Part shown: in pieces, positions 37,891-50,868 of the stretch
How the letters are laid out: each line of letters begins with the position of its first letter
How positions within the stretch are numbered: position 1 is the stretch's first letter
Assembly: GCA_030264375.1 (NCBI GenBank)
Contig: JASCQW010000112.1
Coordinates: forward strand, 36,835,650 to 36,899,649
Reading direction: 5' to 3'
DNA length: 64,000 nt
Source of the DNA: Carcharhinus longimanus
Taxonomy: Eukaryota
The notes under the pieces: generated by a model
Databases searched by the model: none
The model's input: only the letters and a program-made list of their open reading frames with translations
Told to the model about the DNA's origin: nothing
Translations under genes and position numbers: made by a program

Positions 37891-38162
37891 GGTGGTACAG
37901 TGATTAGCACTGCTGCCTCACAGCACCAAGGACCCCGGATGACTGTGTGCAGCTGGCACATTCAGTGTTTGCATGGGTTCCCCCCAGGTGCTCAGGCTTC
38001 CTCCCACAGTCCAAGGACGTGCAGGTTAGATGGATTGCCAGTGCTAAATTGTCTATAAGTGTCAGGGGGATTAGCAAGTGGGGTTATGGGGATAGCTGTG
38101 GGATTGCTGTTGGTGCAGGTTCAATGGGCCAAATGGCCTCCTTCTGCACTGTAGGAATTCTA
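37891..38162 (+). mobile_element. V-SINE
   Basis: ttagcactgctgcctcacagcacc...ttcctcccacagtccaagga..gcaggttag...ctgcactgtaggaattcta. Confidence 0.85.
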
Positions 38163-38739
38163 TCCTGTAGAGAATGCTGAAGCTGATTTGATCTGAAGAT
38201 AGTTTTGCAATCCTACACCTGCTCACTAACAAACACGGTTCAGATTTCACAAGATTCAAGCTTGCCCAGTTTTGTCTTTGTTTAGAAAGATAATGATGGA
38301 TTTGTTCATACCTTACTGTATCAGTACTTACTCTCTCCAACTATCAGAACAATCAACTTTTGTACAACTAAATCATTAAACAGTTTACTACTGCTTCCTG
38401 CGACCAAGTTACATTTTTGTTTTAAAAAGCATTCAAGACAAAAGAAAACGTGAATGGCAGTGTTAAACAAATTTAATGCATCAAAAGAAACGAACACAAA
38501 ATAATTTAAATGTCAGATCGGAGCTTTAAAAAAAAAATGACATTAAGAAATAAATCTTAGGACCAAGCTGCTTTTACATGATCAAAATAGGCACACCATC
38601 CAGAGTAGTAAATAGGACATCCAAGATCACAAGATAATTATGGATCAGGAAGGAAGTTGACCCATCCTGATGCTTCCATTCAAGGGCATCTTATTTAAGG
38701 AAAATCAGCACAGATTTCCAAAAGGAGGTATTAAATGAG

Positions 38740-39030
38740 GGAAGAGTGTGGAACAGCACATGCTGATGTGATGTACACTGACTTCCGAAAGTCCAAAAAG
38801 GATTTGATAAAATGCCACACAATAAGTTTGTCAGCAAAGGTGAAAGTCCATGGAGTAAAAGGGTACCATGCATATAAAATTGGCAAAGTGACAGGAAACA
38901 GACAGTGGTGAATGGTTTGCTTTTCAGACTGGAGTAAAGAACACAGTAGATTCCTCAGGGATCAGCACCAGGACCACTGGTTTGCTTGATATATATTAAT
39001 TACCTTGAATTTGGTGTACAGGGTACAAAT
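38740..39030 (+). mobile_element. Decayed CR1 RT fragment
   Basis: DF.K.FDK-like and cctcagggatcag (PQGS) motifs. Confidence 0.65.
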
Positions 39031-40960
39031 CAAAATTGGTAGATCATCACCACAAACATGTAGTTGTGATGTAATAGATTTTGTAACAAAGTTAATCTTT
39101 CTTTTTAAATGGACACAAGCAATCTTAAAGATGATTGCCAGTGGCTGCCTGACATTTTCCACTGCAATATGGATTGCAGGTAGACAGAGATGTGTCCAGA
39201 TATTTGAAATTCACTTTGCATTTCCATCAGTGTAAACAGAAACTCACAGTGGCTTCCTTTATCAAATCTGGAAAAATGGCACCTATTCAGCAAAATGGCT
39301 GAGACACTTAAAGGGTTACTTATTTCCACTAAAAAGACAATTAACCCAAAATCTAATATGGAAGCATGATTTGACTGTTTGGGATAGCAGCTATTAAAGT
39401 TTATTAAATCTGGCTGTGAACCCTACGAAGAGCTCTCAGAAACAACTTCTGAGAGAGTTCTTGGCCAAGGGAGGACAAAGAGGAAGACATTAAAGGAATC
39501 AACTGCTGTTCTACCAAAGGAGTTCAGACAAGCTGCAAGTGCAGAATTAGCAAGGAGTAGAAAACCTTCACCTTCTCCCAAAGACGACCTGCTGAATCCA
39601 CCTGCAATGGCAAACTCCAACTACAGAAGCCATCACAGCTGCTAAACAGAACCTAACTTTCAACCTCTGCATTTTGGAAAGAAGAAATTCAAGCAACGTG
39701 CCTGCTCTGATATCGCAAAGGCCGATTTGAAATCGAATATCTTTTCATTTTCTTCTGCATCCCAGAAAATAACTTCACTTTCACTCAAGTAACTTTCAGC
39801 AATGGTTCTTGTATTAGCCAACTTTTATCTTGTTTAACGCTGAAGCTTGCCTGCTTTTTTTTAAAAAAATTGAACTATTCATGAATTAATAGGGTTATGT
39901 ACACAGACAAGTTCTTGAATCGCAGACCACGACAATGACATAGCACTTGAAAGTATTGTGAACTGACTGGATAATGATCAGATTAAGAGGACGAGACAGG
40001 CTGCAGTCTCTCCAACTAAATCAATATTCTGCTTTTCTATTCTTCCTGCCGGTGGACAACCTCACATTTAGCTACACTATACTCTTATCTGCCATTTGTT
40101 ACTGCTCTCTTAATGTATCCACTATAAAGCCTGCTAACAACTGGAAAGGCATCAGGAGCAGCTGTGCATGTGCACTCACCCTACATAATGGCCACTGGTG
40201 CCTGTGCAACTGTTCCTCACATCCCACCAGTACAAAAGAAAACCTTGCAGTATAATCTGAGATTTATTCTTGGGGATCAGAAGGCTCAGGGTAGCAATCC
40301 AAACGTCCATGTAGACAGCATGTGCTGGACAGTTCATAGAAAAATATACAGTGGCTTTAAACTTTTCTATCACTATGTATCAGCTTGAATACTAATTCTC
40401 CCAAAGCATCACAATTAAAACTCATACGTTCCTATTCCTGTTCATCTTAAATAATTTGAAATTAAATATTTCAGGAATTGCATATACACTAATATGGGAA
40501 ACCGCTTTTGATTTGAATTAGATAATTTCTAAGAAGTAGTCATTTAATAAAATGCATTAAACCATTACAGGGGGATAATTTTTTTGTAAATATAGGAGAA
40601 CATAAAGAAAAACACACTACAAGATACAAATGTGACAGTTGACTTAATTACAGATTACATAAAACTGCTTCAATTCAAAGAGAAGCCTTTTATCTGTATG
40701 ATAATAGCAACCAGATTCCAAAACTAAAAGATGGAAGAAACTGGTTATAACTGTTTCCCATGACTCCACACAATGAAACATTGTAGGATCTCAGACAAGG
40801 TCAGAAGCAGATAAAGATAGATGGGTTCACAACCATTACATCAAGATGCAATGCAACAGCAAGCGAATAGGGACCAGGCATAAGCCAAAGTGAATAGACA
40901 GCTGTAGGTCCCACCTCTCCAATCCTTACTGGTAGGTTTTTACAAATGTTTCCGCTACAA

Positions 40961-41632
40961 GGACAGCACGATGGCCCAGTGGTTAGCACTGCTGCCTCAC
41001 GGCACCAGGGACCTGGGTTCAATTCCAGCCTTGGAGGGCCATTTACATGGGTTTAGAACATAAAACATAGAACCTTAGAGCTGAAAGAGGCCCTTCGAGT
41101 CTGCACCAAACACAATCCCACCCAGGCCCTACCCCGATATCATACCCACCAATCCCACTAACCTGGACACTAAGGGGGCAATTTCTTAGCATGGCCAATC
41201 AACCTAACCTGCACATCTTTGGACTGTGAGAGGGAACCAGAGTACCCAGAGGAAGCCCACGCTGACACGAGGAGAATGTGCAAACTCCACACAGNNNNNN
41301 NNNNNNNNNNNNNNNNNNNNNNNNNNNNNNNNNNNNNNNNNNNNNNNNNNNNNATCAAACCCAGGACCCTGGAGCTGTGAAGCAGCAGTGCTAACTACTG
41401 CTATCATGCCGCCCTTCTGGGTACTCATTTCCCCCCACAGTCCAAAATTGTGCAGGTTAGGTTGACTGGCCATGCTAAATTGCTCTTTGAGGTGTCCTGA
41501 AATGTGTAGGTTAGGAGGTTTAGCAGGGTAAATACATGGGGTTATAGGCTTGGGTGGGATGCACTGTTGGAGAATTGGTGCAGGTTCAATGGGCTGAATG
41601 GCTTCCTTCTGCACTATAGGGAATCTATGAAT
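40961..41632. mobile_element. Nested V-SINEs: a plus copy (40961-41033 and 41428-41632) enclosing a younger minus copy (41056-41414, gapped)
   Basis: A plus-strand 5' head and 3' half flank a reverse-complement SINE with both ends. Confidence 0.75.
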
Positions 41633-43782
41633 CTACTACTGACATTTTAGTAAAAAGTTACATGAAACATTTCTAGGCCTTAAACACACTGGGGAAGGGG
41701 ATGGGGCAACAGATCCACTCCTCCAGGTCTAACAAAGCAAGTTAGATTTGTTGGTCAATTTTTAAGTGTTTATGAGGAATGCAGACATATCTGGATTTGG
41801 TGACAGTGTTAATTTGGTTCTGAGCTTTCAATTTGAGACATGGGACCTTGAAGTCACCTCAATCTCAAAGGGACTAGTTTCCATTCATACAAAATTACAA
41901 GACAAATGAAGGGCATAGGTTTAAGCCTTCAATGCGAAGTCAGTAAATATTTGGAACTCAAGTCAGGCAATTAAAAATTGAATTCACAAGTAGACCATCA
42001 TCGTTGACACTAGAATGATAGCTTGACAAGTTGGGGGTGCAGAACTTTAGCAAGTGCTTATTTGTCAAATCACAACAGCACTTAAAATCTTGGATACAGG
42101 AGCCTGTGTTCTCCAGATAATCTCATTATGTAGCATCTGACCCCAGTTTTTTGAACACAGATGATCAGACAGAATCCTATTTACCAGTTTCAGAAAGGCA
42201 GCTCCATTGGCAATTGAGTAGTTTCTGGCACTGTTGCCTGGGACTTTTGTAATTACTCTTACCCATCTCCTCCACCATTTGCCAGAATAGCATAACAAAG
42301 CCAGACACCCTCTGAGTCACAATATATTCTATGACCAGCTATCAGACACCACCTCCAAGGCACTCCAATAGCAGACCTGCAAATGAAGAGAGCAGCAAAT
42401 GCCTCAATCTTGCTATCGCGTTAATTTTCTTGCCCCTAGCTCAGTTTTCAAGTCTGTACTGTCTATGAGTAATTTTAACTACTTTTAGTTTGTACTTGCA
42501 TTGAATCTCTAATAAAAATTCATAAAAGCTTATAAATATAATGATGATTAACAAGTTGTTGAAAGTAGACATGGTTTGCAATGAATTTCATGAATTTAAC
42601 TAGTTTATAGATGAAGACAGACAATATTTAGCAATTAATAAATGATAGGAAATGGCGATCAGAATTGAAAATGCTCCTCCCAAATTCCTTCAAAGTATTT
42701 TACAAAGTCTTAATGAAGGCCCATCATTGAAGCTGAACAGTCACTTTCTCTGTGGTTTAAAAAGAAGTCTAAGTCTCATTTAATCAAAAATAAATGTGTC
42801 ACTCGTTTTGATATCAGTGAAAAGGTTAAAACACAGGTACTGCTCATTTTATAGAGCATGGAGCGATGCTGGGTTAAAGTAGCTTGTATTCATTTTTCTT
42901 GCAATTCATTTAGTATACTATATATGGAAGAAAAAAATAACCCACACCAAATCTGGGTCTCTAGCAATTACGTAATACCATGTGTGAGCTTTGGATACAC
43001 AAAGCATTAGCAATGAGATTTGATATATTTCCTAATGCAGCCTTTGAAATAACAGTTATCCAGTTGCCAGGGATGACCAAATCTTCCAAACCAAGAGTGA
43101 AGGCCTCCATCTTATGAATTCTATTAATTCAATTTTTAAACTGCACAAATATGCACATAAAATATGCTGTTCCAATACAACAGAGTTTCACCAGCTTATA
43201 GTGATATGCATTTTGTTTACAGCTTCTAAGAATAGGCCGCAAAAGAAAACCATTGATATGGGGAATACTGTTATTCCATAGGAATTAAATTCTTTTGGTC
43301 AAAAGAATGAACATTTAAATTTTTTGTTGAAAAACATTTATCATTTTGGGTAATGCACATCCGTAATAAGCTCACTAGAACCAACTGGTTATATTTCTAT
43401 CTTGCTGACTTTGAAATAAGGAAGATGACATAATTATTCACAGGTTTAACATTTCAGCAATACAAATAAAATTTTATTTACTCCTGTTAAGGGACTCACT
43501 TATTTTTTCAGCTCATGCAAGAGATCTAAACCCAAAATGTTAACCTGTAATTTCATCAGCATTCTTCAGGCAATCATGGATCTGCTAGACATTTCCAACA
43601 ACTGTTTTTTATTAAATATTCCATCAAAAATTNNNNNNNNNNNNNNNNNNNNNNNNNNNNNNNNNNNNNNNNNNNNNNNNNNNNNNNNNNNNNNNNNNNN
43701 NNNNNNNGCTGTACCACTGAGCAACGTGACCCACATCTGCAGTCTTGATATCCTACACAGTAAACTTGACTGAAGGAGGATC

Positions 43783-44078
43783 ATGTCTTGCAGAGGAAAA
43801 GGAGGAGCTGGGGAAAGGCAGAGTAAAGCAGCACTGCAAAGTGCTTCGAGATAACATCCAGGGCATCACCAAACCAGCCATCCACCGCCTAACTCTCAGT
43901 GGCGGGGGTCGAGCGGATCTCGAACTTGATCTACAAGGAGATCCATGGAGTGCTAAAGGTTTTCCTGGAGAATGTGATCAGGATGCGGTCACCTACACTG
44001 AGCATGCCAAGTGCAAGATGGTCACTGCCATGGGTTATGAAACACTAGGGCCGCAGTCTCTATGGATTTGGCAGCTAA
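43783..44078 (+). pseudogene. Histone H4 pseudogene (frameshifted, internally deleted), antisense within a FERMT2 intron
   Basis: ATG TCT TGC AGA GGA AAA GGA GGA ... [18 protein letters not shown] ... [11 protein letters not shown] ... [17 protein letters not shown] ... LYGFGS TAA. Several frameshifts; most of the DVVYAL segment is missing; no 3' stem-loop visible. Confidence 0.93.
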
Positions 44079-44294
44079 ACAAATGAATCCAATTCTAACA
44101 AAACTCAGCAAACTTTATTCATAATATGATGCTCCTGCCTACACTTAAATCACAAAGCAAAAAAAGTTCCTTTTTGAATACAGCAGTGTCTTACTTTCAA
44201 TATCTAGCCATGCAAAAAATTCAGACTGTTCTAGAATCCTGAAGAAGCAGCTTTACTCACCATGTGTGGTTTCAACTATGAGGACTGCCTCTAA

Positions 44295-44600
44295 GTTTTA
44301 AGTTTATTTATTAGTATCACAAGTAGGCTTACATTCACACTGCAATGAAGTTACTGTGAAAATCTTCCGGACGCCACACTCCAGCCCCTGCTCTGACACA
44401 CTGAAGGAAAATTTAGCAAGGCCAATGCACGTAACCAGCAGGTCTTTCGGACTGTGGGGAGAGGGAACTGGAGCACCCGGAGGAAACTCAGACATGGGGA
44501 GAGTGTGCGCAAATTCCACAGACAGTGACCCAAGCTGGGAATCAAACACAGGTTCCTGGCACTGAGGCAAGAGTGCTAATCACTGTACCACCATGCTGCA
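44295..44600 (-). mobile_element. V-SINE, alternative-tail subfamily
   Basis: tttatttattagtatcacaagtaggcttacattcacactgcaatgaagttactgtgaaaat...gggaatcaaacacaggttcctggcactgaggca..gtgctaatcactg. Confidence 0.85.
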
Positions 44601-45254
44601 CTAACTTGTGCTACCTCTCAATTACACAATATTAACTGAACAACAATCAACGAGTGATCAGAAGGAGAGAAATACTGTCATAAAAACATCCTCAACTTCT
44701 TTAAGGAAGTGACATCTCAGATGAATTACGGCAAGGCAATCCTATTTCATGCTGCATTTAGACTTGCTGGAAATCATTTAACAAAGTCTCGGGTAAAAAG
44801 CTATTAATTAAACTCAAAATAATGGGGAGTCAAGGTTAAATGTTAAGTATGAATAAGCCATTTATTAAAGGTTAGAAAACAACAGGTACTTTGTGGAGGA
44901 GTTATGCTAGGGAAATATTGAGTTTAGATGCCCAGGGATTCAGTGTTGGGGTCACTAGAAATTCAAAGTCCTACAAAGGACTTTTGATTCAGGAACCTTT
45001 CAGATGATTGATTCAGGAATCCAATGCAATTTGGCGAAGTGCATGTGCTAGACAAAGTATTTAAATGANNNNNNNNNNNNNNNNNNNNNNNNNNNNNNNN
45101 NNNNNNNNNNNNNNNNNNNNNNNNNNNNNNNNNNNNNNNNNNNNNNNNNNNNNNNNNNNNNNNNNNNNACAAAGTATTTAAATGAGCAGACTGAGAGCAG
45201 ATGAAACTTATTAGGGCTGCATGAGGTATTACACATCGGAACGAAAATAGATAA

Positions 45255-45935
45255 CACATGGTTGGATGTTGCATAAGATTAAATCTCACAGGATCCAGGG
45301 TGAGGAAGCCAATTAGATAGAAAATGGACTTGATGACAGAAGACAGAGGGTGGTTGTAGGGGGTTTTTCAAACCTGGTTGTGACCAGCAGTGTGCTTCAA
45401 GGATTTGTGCTGGGTCCACTGTTATTTATATTAATGATTTGTGTGAATACTTCTGGAGGCATGGTTACTAAGTTTGCAGATGACGCCAAGATTGGTGGCA
45501 TAGTGGACAATGAAAGATGTTATCTAGGATTGCAACAGGATTTTGATCAATTGGGCCAGTGGGCCAACAAATGGCGATGGAGTTTAGCTTACAAAAGGTG
45601 AGGTGATGCACTTTGGCAAATCAAATCGGGGCAGGACCTACGCAGTTAATGGTACAGCACTGGGGAGAGTTTGAACAAAAACTAGGAGTACAGGTTCATA
45701 GCTCCTTGAAAGTGGAACCATAGGTGGACAGGGTGGTGGTGAAGGCATTCAGCAGTTTTAACTTCATTGGTCAGAATATTGACTACAGGAGTTAGGATGT
45801 CTTGGAGTTGTACAAGACATTAATAAAGCCAAACTTGGAATACTGTGTAAATTCCTGATCACCTTATCATAGAAAGGATATTAATAAATTAGAAAAGTGC
45901 AGAAAAGATTTACTAAGATGCTACTGGGTCTTGAG
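45255..45935 (+). mobile_element. CR1 LINE reverse-transcriptase fragment
   Basis: ORF 45350..45601: VTSSVLQGFVLGPLLF...KFADDAKIGGIVD...LQQDFDQLGQWANKW (RT catalytic FADD motif). Confidence 0.9.
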
Positions 45936-46779
45936 ATTTAGATTACTAGATCAGATCCTTTCAACTTCAGCTTCAATGTTATTCAACAATTTTTCTGTCC
46001 AAGTAGAGATAGGTAGGCTAAAATAAAACACTATGAATAGGTACCAAACAAACTCAGGAGAAATTCCAGCCATGCAAATTCTGAACATTTTCCCTCAGCT
46101 ATCAATCTTAAACCATTTTTTTCAATTAAAATGAACATAACTTCAGAAAGAACTCCTTTAGCAACTTGCACACCTTCAGACTAGATTATCAAAACATCAG
46201 AAAGATGTGTACCAATTAGAAAGCTGCTTCATCAACAGACCAAGCTGTAACTGGGGAGCTACAAGAATTATCTGTTCGGTATCCACATATCCAGATTATA
46301 TGAGTGAAAACAACTGTGGTTGAATCTCGGCTTTAGCAGCTCTGAGAACCTAGTTTTCCCCCAAGGGAGGTTGAATATCAGAAGTCTGTAAATTCTTGGA
46401 ACAAGAAAATATTTAAGGAAAGGAATTTTCCCTAGGAAGACAGGTCATAAGGACAACAGTTCAATATCTCCAATTTATTTTCCAGATATGCTATTCCAAT
46501 TAAAAATCAGCCCTTTTTGTTCTGGTAACAGTTGCATTCTGCATCTAGATGTCATTTGACTTTTAACCCTAACTTCAACCATGGAATGAAATTCAACAAT
46601 TTTGTTATCCAATTAGGGATGGTGGACTAAGCTAAATCCCTGTAAACTAGTCCTGATCAAACTCAGGACATTACTCCAAACATGCAAATATTGAAAACTA
46701 CAATTAAAACACACCTCAACACAAGGCTGATGCTGTCTCTCTGATCTTTGAAACCTTACAGACCATATCATATAATGAA

Positions 46780-47525
46780 CAAAATAAGGTCATTCAGCCC
46801 TCGAGCCTGTTCTGCCATTCAATTAGATTACTATCGATGTGTGTCTTAATTCAATGTATCCTTCAATAACCTGACCTAACAAAAATCTACCAATCTCAAG
46901 TTTGAAATTTGTTGATCTAGCCTGAACAGCTTTTGCAGTGGAAGATAGATGCTAAGTTCTCCCTCAGTGTACCTGAACAGGCGCCAGATGTGGCAACTTG
47001 GGGATTTTCACAGTACCTTTTGGAGTGTGAATGTCAGCCTACCTGTAACTAGCGAATAAACTTTACTTTCAATTTACGTCCATTGCACTTTGGTCTGGTT
47101 CAGATTTTAAGGCCATAACCGCTTGTTCTGGACTGCTCCCTCAGTGGAAATAAATTTGTCGTAACAGCTCTTAATCATCTTACCACCTCAAGTAGATCAA
47201 ACCTTAATCTTCTGTAATCAAATGAAAAGGCTAGTCTAGACAATATTTCGCTTTATAATTTAACAAACATCAATATTATGTGTGCTATAGCCCCTCCAAA
47301 CCAGATGCACTCTTCCTGAGGCTTGATGCCCAAAGCTGAAGGGAAAACGCTAAATGGGGTCTAACCAGAGCTTTACATAAGTAACATAACTCTTACTCCT
47401 TTGTATACCAGCCCCCTTAAGAAAAAGGCCAACATTATTTTACCTTTAATTATTCTTTATACGTTCTACTAGCTTTTTGTGTGATTTCTGTACTTTAGCA
47501 CCCACATTTTACTGTTCCTCATCAG
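46780..47525 (-). mobile_element. Decayed CR1 3' region with a small SINE-tail insertion (~46950-47065)
   Basis: cattcagccctcgagcctgttctgccattcaattagat tail, and similarity to other CR1 pieces in the window. Confidence 0.55.
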
Positions 47526-49146
47526 TTTCTAGACATCATTTAAAAAAAAGGCAGATTAAAACACTATAGAGAAATGAGAATCAGGTGTTGTGTGATCAGG
47601 GTGTTAAGATTGCAAAGACTTAATTTACATCCTAAATGTAAAAAAGCTTCAACAAATGAAAATGGTTTAAACAAATTAGTAAATGCAGTGGTGTGGTGAA
47701 AGCTTAAAAAAAATGCACAATACTTACTTTATATCATGTACATTTTCCATTCCTAAGTAGCATATAAATGATATATGCAGGTTTTGAAAGCAGTGAAGAC
47801 CTAATATATGGAAGGTTCCTGGCAGAAATTAGTTTCCCATTTTACAATATATAACTTTTTCAGTCCATCAACTGGAGACTTCCTCTTTAGAAATTGAATT
47901 TTTGGTAAACATTATTTGGCTACTAGGTTAACGCATTAAAATTTTCAATTGGTTTAATGATTCACTTAAAATTTCAAATTAACATGCATTAGAAGTTATG
48001 CTCCCCCATTTTTCTAACAAATATGAAGGAGGAAGTGCAAAATTTAACCCTTCTATTGGAAGCCACAAACATACTGTAGCTGACAACTGCTAGCTAATAA
48101 CTGTTTAAGACTGACCTTAAACAATTAGGTCCATATGCTTTAAGCAACTTGCATCTAGAAGGAAGCTTAATGCTTTCCATTTGATGCTGCAACTGTGTAG
48201 TACTAATGCTTAATGCTCCAGAGTTGCAATATGTGCTGCACTCAATGTCGCCAATCCAGGGTTTTTACATCTGAAAATTACTTTGCATGAGCAATGCAGA
48301 TGCTACTTGGGCCAGAATTAGGGTATTATCTTGGTGCCCCTGGTGTATGCAATGAAACTCAAAGTAGAACTTCAGGAAGAGGATTTTAAAAGGTAACTTG
48401 TCAGTTCTTTTATGACTTCTCGTATAACTCCTCTGTGCAGGGAACATTCAGTTGCCATGTGTCAGCTGAAACAGTGTCAGATTACCAAGCACAGGTAAAA
48501 AGTCAGAATGAAGCTGTCTTTATACAGTTGTGTGGGTTCTGCTGAAGTGATATTACTGATCTAAGTTTGAGAAGTGTAATGTAGAATGCCAGGTTCTACT
48601 ATGTCTCTGTCACATGGAGTAACAAGGACTCAAGGAGCAACTGAATCCTGTTTCAGGATCCACTGCTCTACAAAGGTCAAATTTGCACATTAGATTTCTA
48701 CGTTAAAAAAAGTCAGTTTGCATATTTGAGCTTAATTCAGTGTGCCTGAAAAAATCTCAAATTGGTTCAAGCACATGTTGCTTTCTAAGCAAAAATAGTT
48801 ATGCATTTGATTAGGATTTATCCCAATTCTTTTCTTTCCCATACTTAATCATAGTCTGTGTGTGTTCTAATACTTATGAAAAGTGATACTATAGTGTGAT
48901 TGTGGAATACAAGTATTACATGTCTACATCTAGCTTCCCTCTGGTGTAGTATGACCGATTGTGTAAATTGCATGATTTGTAAGTCATTGGTAGAATAGGA
49001 GGTGGTGGCATGTAAATTCTGCAACACATCTTGCAGATGAAGAAGCATACAGCCTCCATCAATCAGACTGAAAGGTCAATATTCATTCTGGTCACCCTCC
49101 AACGGCATATATTTTTCTTTTTTGTAGACAGCACACTTTTACAGAC

Positions 49147-49287
49147 CTGATCCTGGAGTAATTAAAGGTCCCTCCAACTCCAGTGCATCATCTTCACCTT
49201 GGTCTTTTTCTTCAACTTTTCGCTTTTTCTTCTTTGTTGGATCTTTAGGTTTCCTCAGGAGTGAGAGTTCTTCAGGATGCCTTATGT
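49147..49287 (-). CDS. FERMT2: Kindlin-2 coding exon (~exon 4, 141 nt; NIRHPEELSLLRKPKDPTKKKKRKVEEKDQGEDDALELEGPLITPGS, polylysine F1 loop)
   Basis: Manual translation of the minus strand. cag acceptor at 49288-49290; donor G|gtctgt. Phase 1/1 fits the neighbouring exons. Confidence 0.96.
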
Positions 49288-49849
49288 CTGTTAGAGTAAG
49301 ATAATTAGGAATTGACAAGACTTTTAAGCAGGTAAATTAGCAATAAACAATGCTCCCAAAATTCCCTCTGGAAATAAGGCTGGTTGAGCAAGGTGTACAA
49401 ATTAGAGCAATGAGCCACAAGAATATCATGCTGATGCCAAGTCTTCATATAATTTCTAAACACATTTGGATTTGGCATACTTGAAAACATCTCCAAGTAA
49501 GCAATAAAATGGCACGGTGGGGTTACAGTGCTGTTTTGGCACCAAGAGAATATGATTTGAATCCAAAAGGGAAAAGCATGTGTTTTATTTCTGCTCTAAA
49601 AATTCAATTCAGTTCATTTGTGATTATAAATCATTAACTGAACTATAATGCACACTTCAAAAAGTCAGAATGTCATGTGAATGACAAGCTTGTGAAATAA
49701 TATAAACAGTAGTGGAAATTGAAAACTTTGGGATTGGGAGAGTCACAATAGAGAACTGGACTCAATCTGTAGCAAAAAACAAAACAAATACATGGTAAAT
49801 TTTAAAGAGCAAATAAAAAGCTATGCATCGAATGCTACATATTGGCTAT

Positions 49850-50222
49850 CACTTAGTGGTATTGTTATTCGACTAGTAATCCAAAGACTCAGGGTAATGC
49901 TCTGGGGACCTGAGTTCGACTCCCACCATAACAGGTGGTGGAATCAGAACTAAATTTAAAAAAAAATCTGGAATTAAAACTCTAATGATGGCCATGAAAT
50001 CAAAATCAAAAATCAGTCATCGTAAAAATGCACCTAATTCTTTAGGGAGGGAAGTCTGTCATCTTTACCCAGTCTGTCCCACATGCTCCTCAAGATCAGA
50101 CCCACAGCAGTGTGGTTGATTTTCAAATACCCTTTGAAATGGTATAATAAGCCGCTCAGTTTAAGAGCAATTAGAGATGGGCAATGAATGCTGGTTCAGC
50201 CACCAATGCCCTCAATGAATTA
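49850..50222 (+). mobile_element. tRNA-derived SINE with LINE-derived tail (family distinct from the V-SINE)
   Basis: Head ttagtggta...gactagtaatcca...gagttcgactccc (B box); tail gcaattagagatgggcaatgaatgctgg shared with 7110-7170. Confidence 0.7.
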
Positions 50223-50597
50223 AAGAAACTGATAAATTAACAGAATATGTACTTATCAGTCTTGTAAATTAGGTCATCATTTTTGCTAAAAATATCAAAA
50301 AGTTGAATTTGGGATTTTAGAGATGTAGAGATGGATTACGTGCCAGTCTTGATCCCCAACGTATGCAGTTTTAACTAATTAGCCAGTTTTTGTCAAAACA
50401 GAAGTTTGGTTGGGGTGGGATATTACAAGGAGAAGATGAAAGAAAACAGCTCGTCTCTGGATGGTCATCCAGCAACCTTTGGACATTGGGCAAGAGCAAG
50501 TTCAAGCTCAGTTCTGATTAGTTAAGTCAACATTCACCATTTAAGATAACGCAAGACAACAAGCCATCAGACCAAGCACATATCAACAAATGTGTGT

Positions 50598-50740
50598 GTT
50601 TTTGGAGCGCTACTGCTTCTTCAGGTGAAGGAGCAGTGCTCCATAAGCTTGTGATTCCAAATAAACCTGTTGGACTTTAACCTGGTGTTGAGACTTCTTA
50701 CTGTGCCCACCCCAGTCCAATGCCGGCATCTCCACATCAT
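50598..50740 (+). mobile_element. Penelope-like element terminus with degenerate hammerhead motif
   Basis: tgaaggagcagtgctccataagcttgtgattccaaataaacctgttggactttaacctggtgttg...ccagtccaatgccggcatctccacatc; inverted partial copy immediately upstream. Confidence 0.6.
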
Positions 50741-50868
50741 TACTGAATTATGCATTAGATCGCAAGAAAGCTTTTCATGCCTGTGCAGGACCTTTTTAAT
50801 AATATGCAAAATTCCTTGTTATACTGTCTTATGTTAATTAACATGCGACTACAGATACTATAAAAGAG

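Noticed and set aside
39400-39645. ~80-codon stop-free plus frame (…EPYEELSETTSERVLGQGRTKRK…)
   Set aside because: No early ATG, no recognisable homology, no convincing splice sites. Possibly LTR-derived, but unsupported.
43745-44086. 113-aa ORF as a functional histone H4 variant
   Set aside because: A mosaic of in-frame and out-of-frame H4 pieces created by frameshifts; it is a pseudogene.
48440-48535. Cluster of E-boxes (cagttg, catgtg, cagctg)
   Set aside because: Six-base motifs at this density cannot be distinguished from chance without conservation data.
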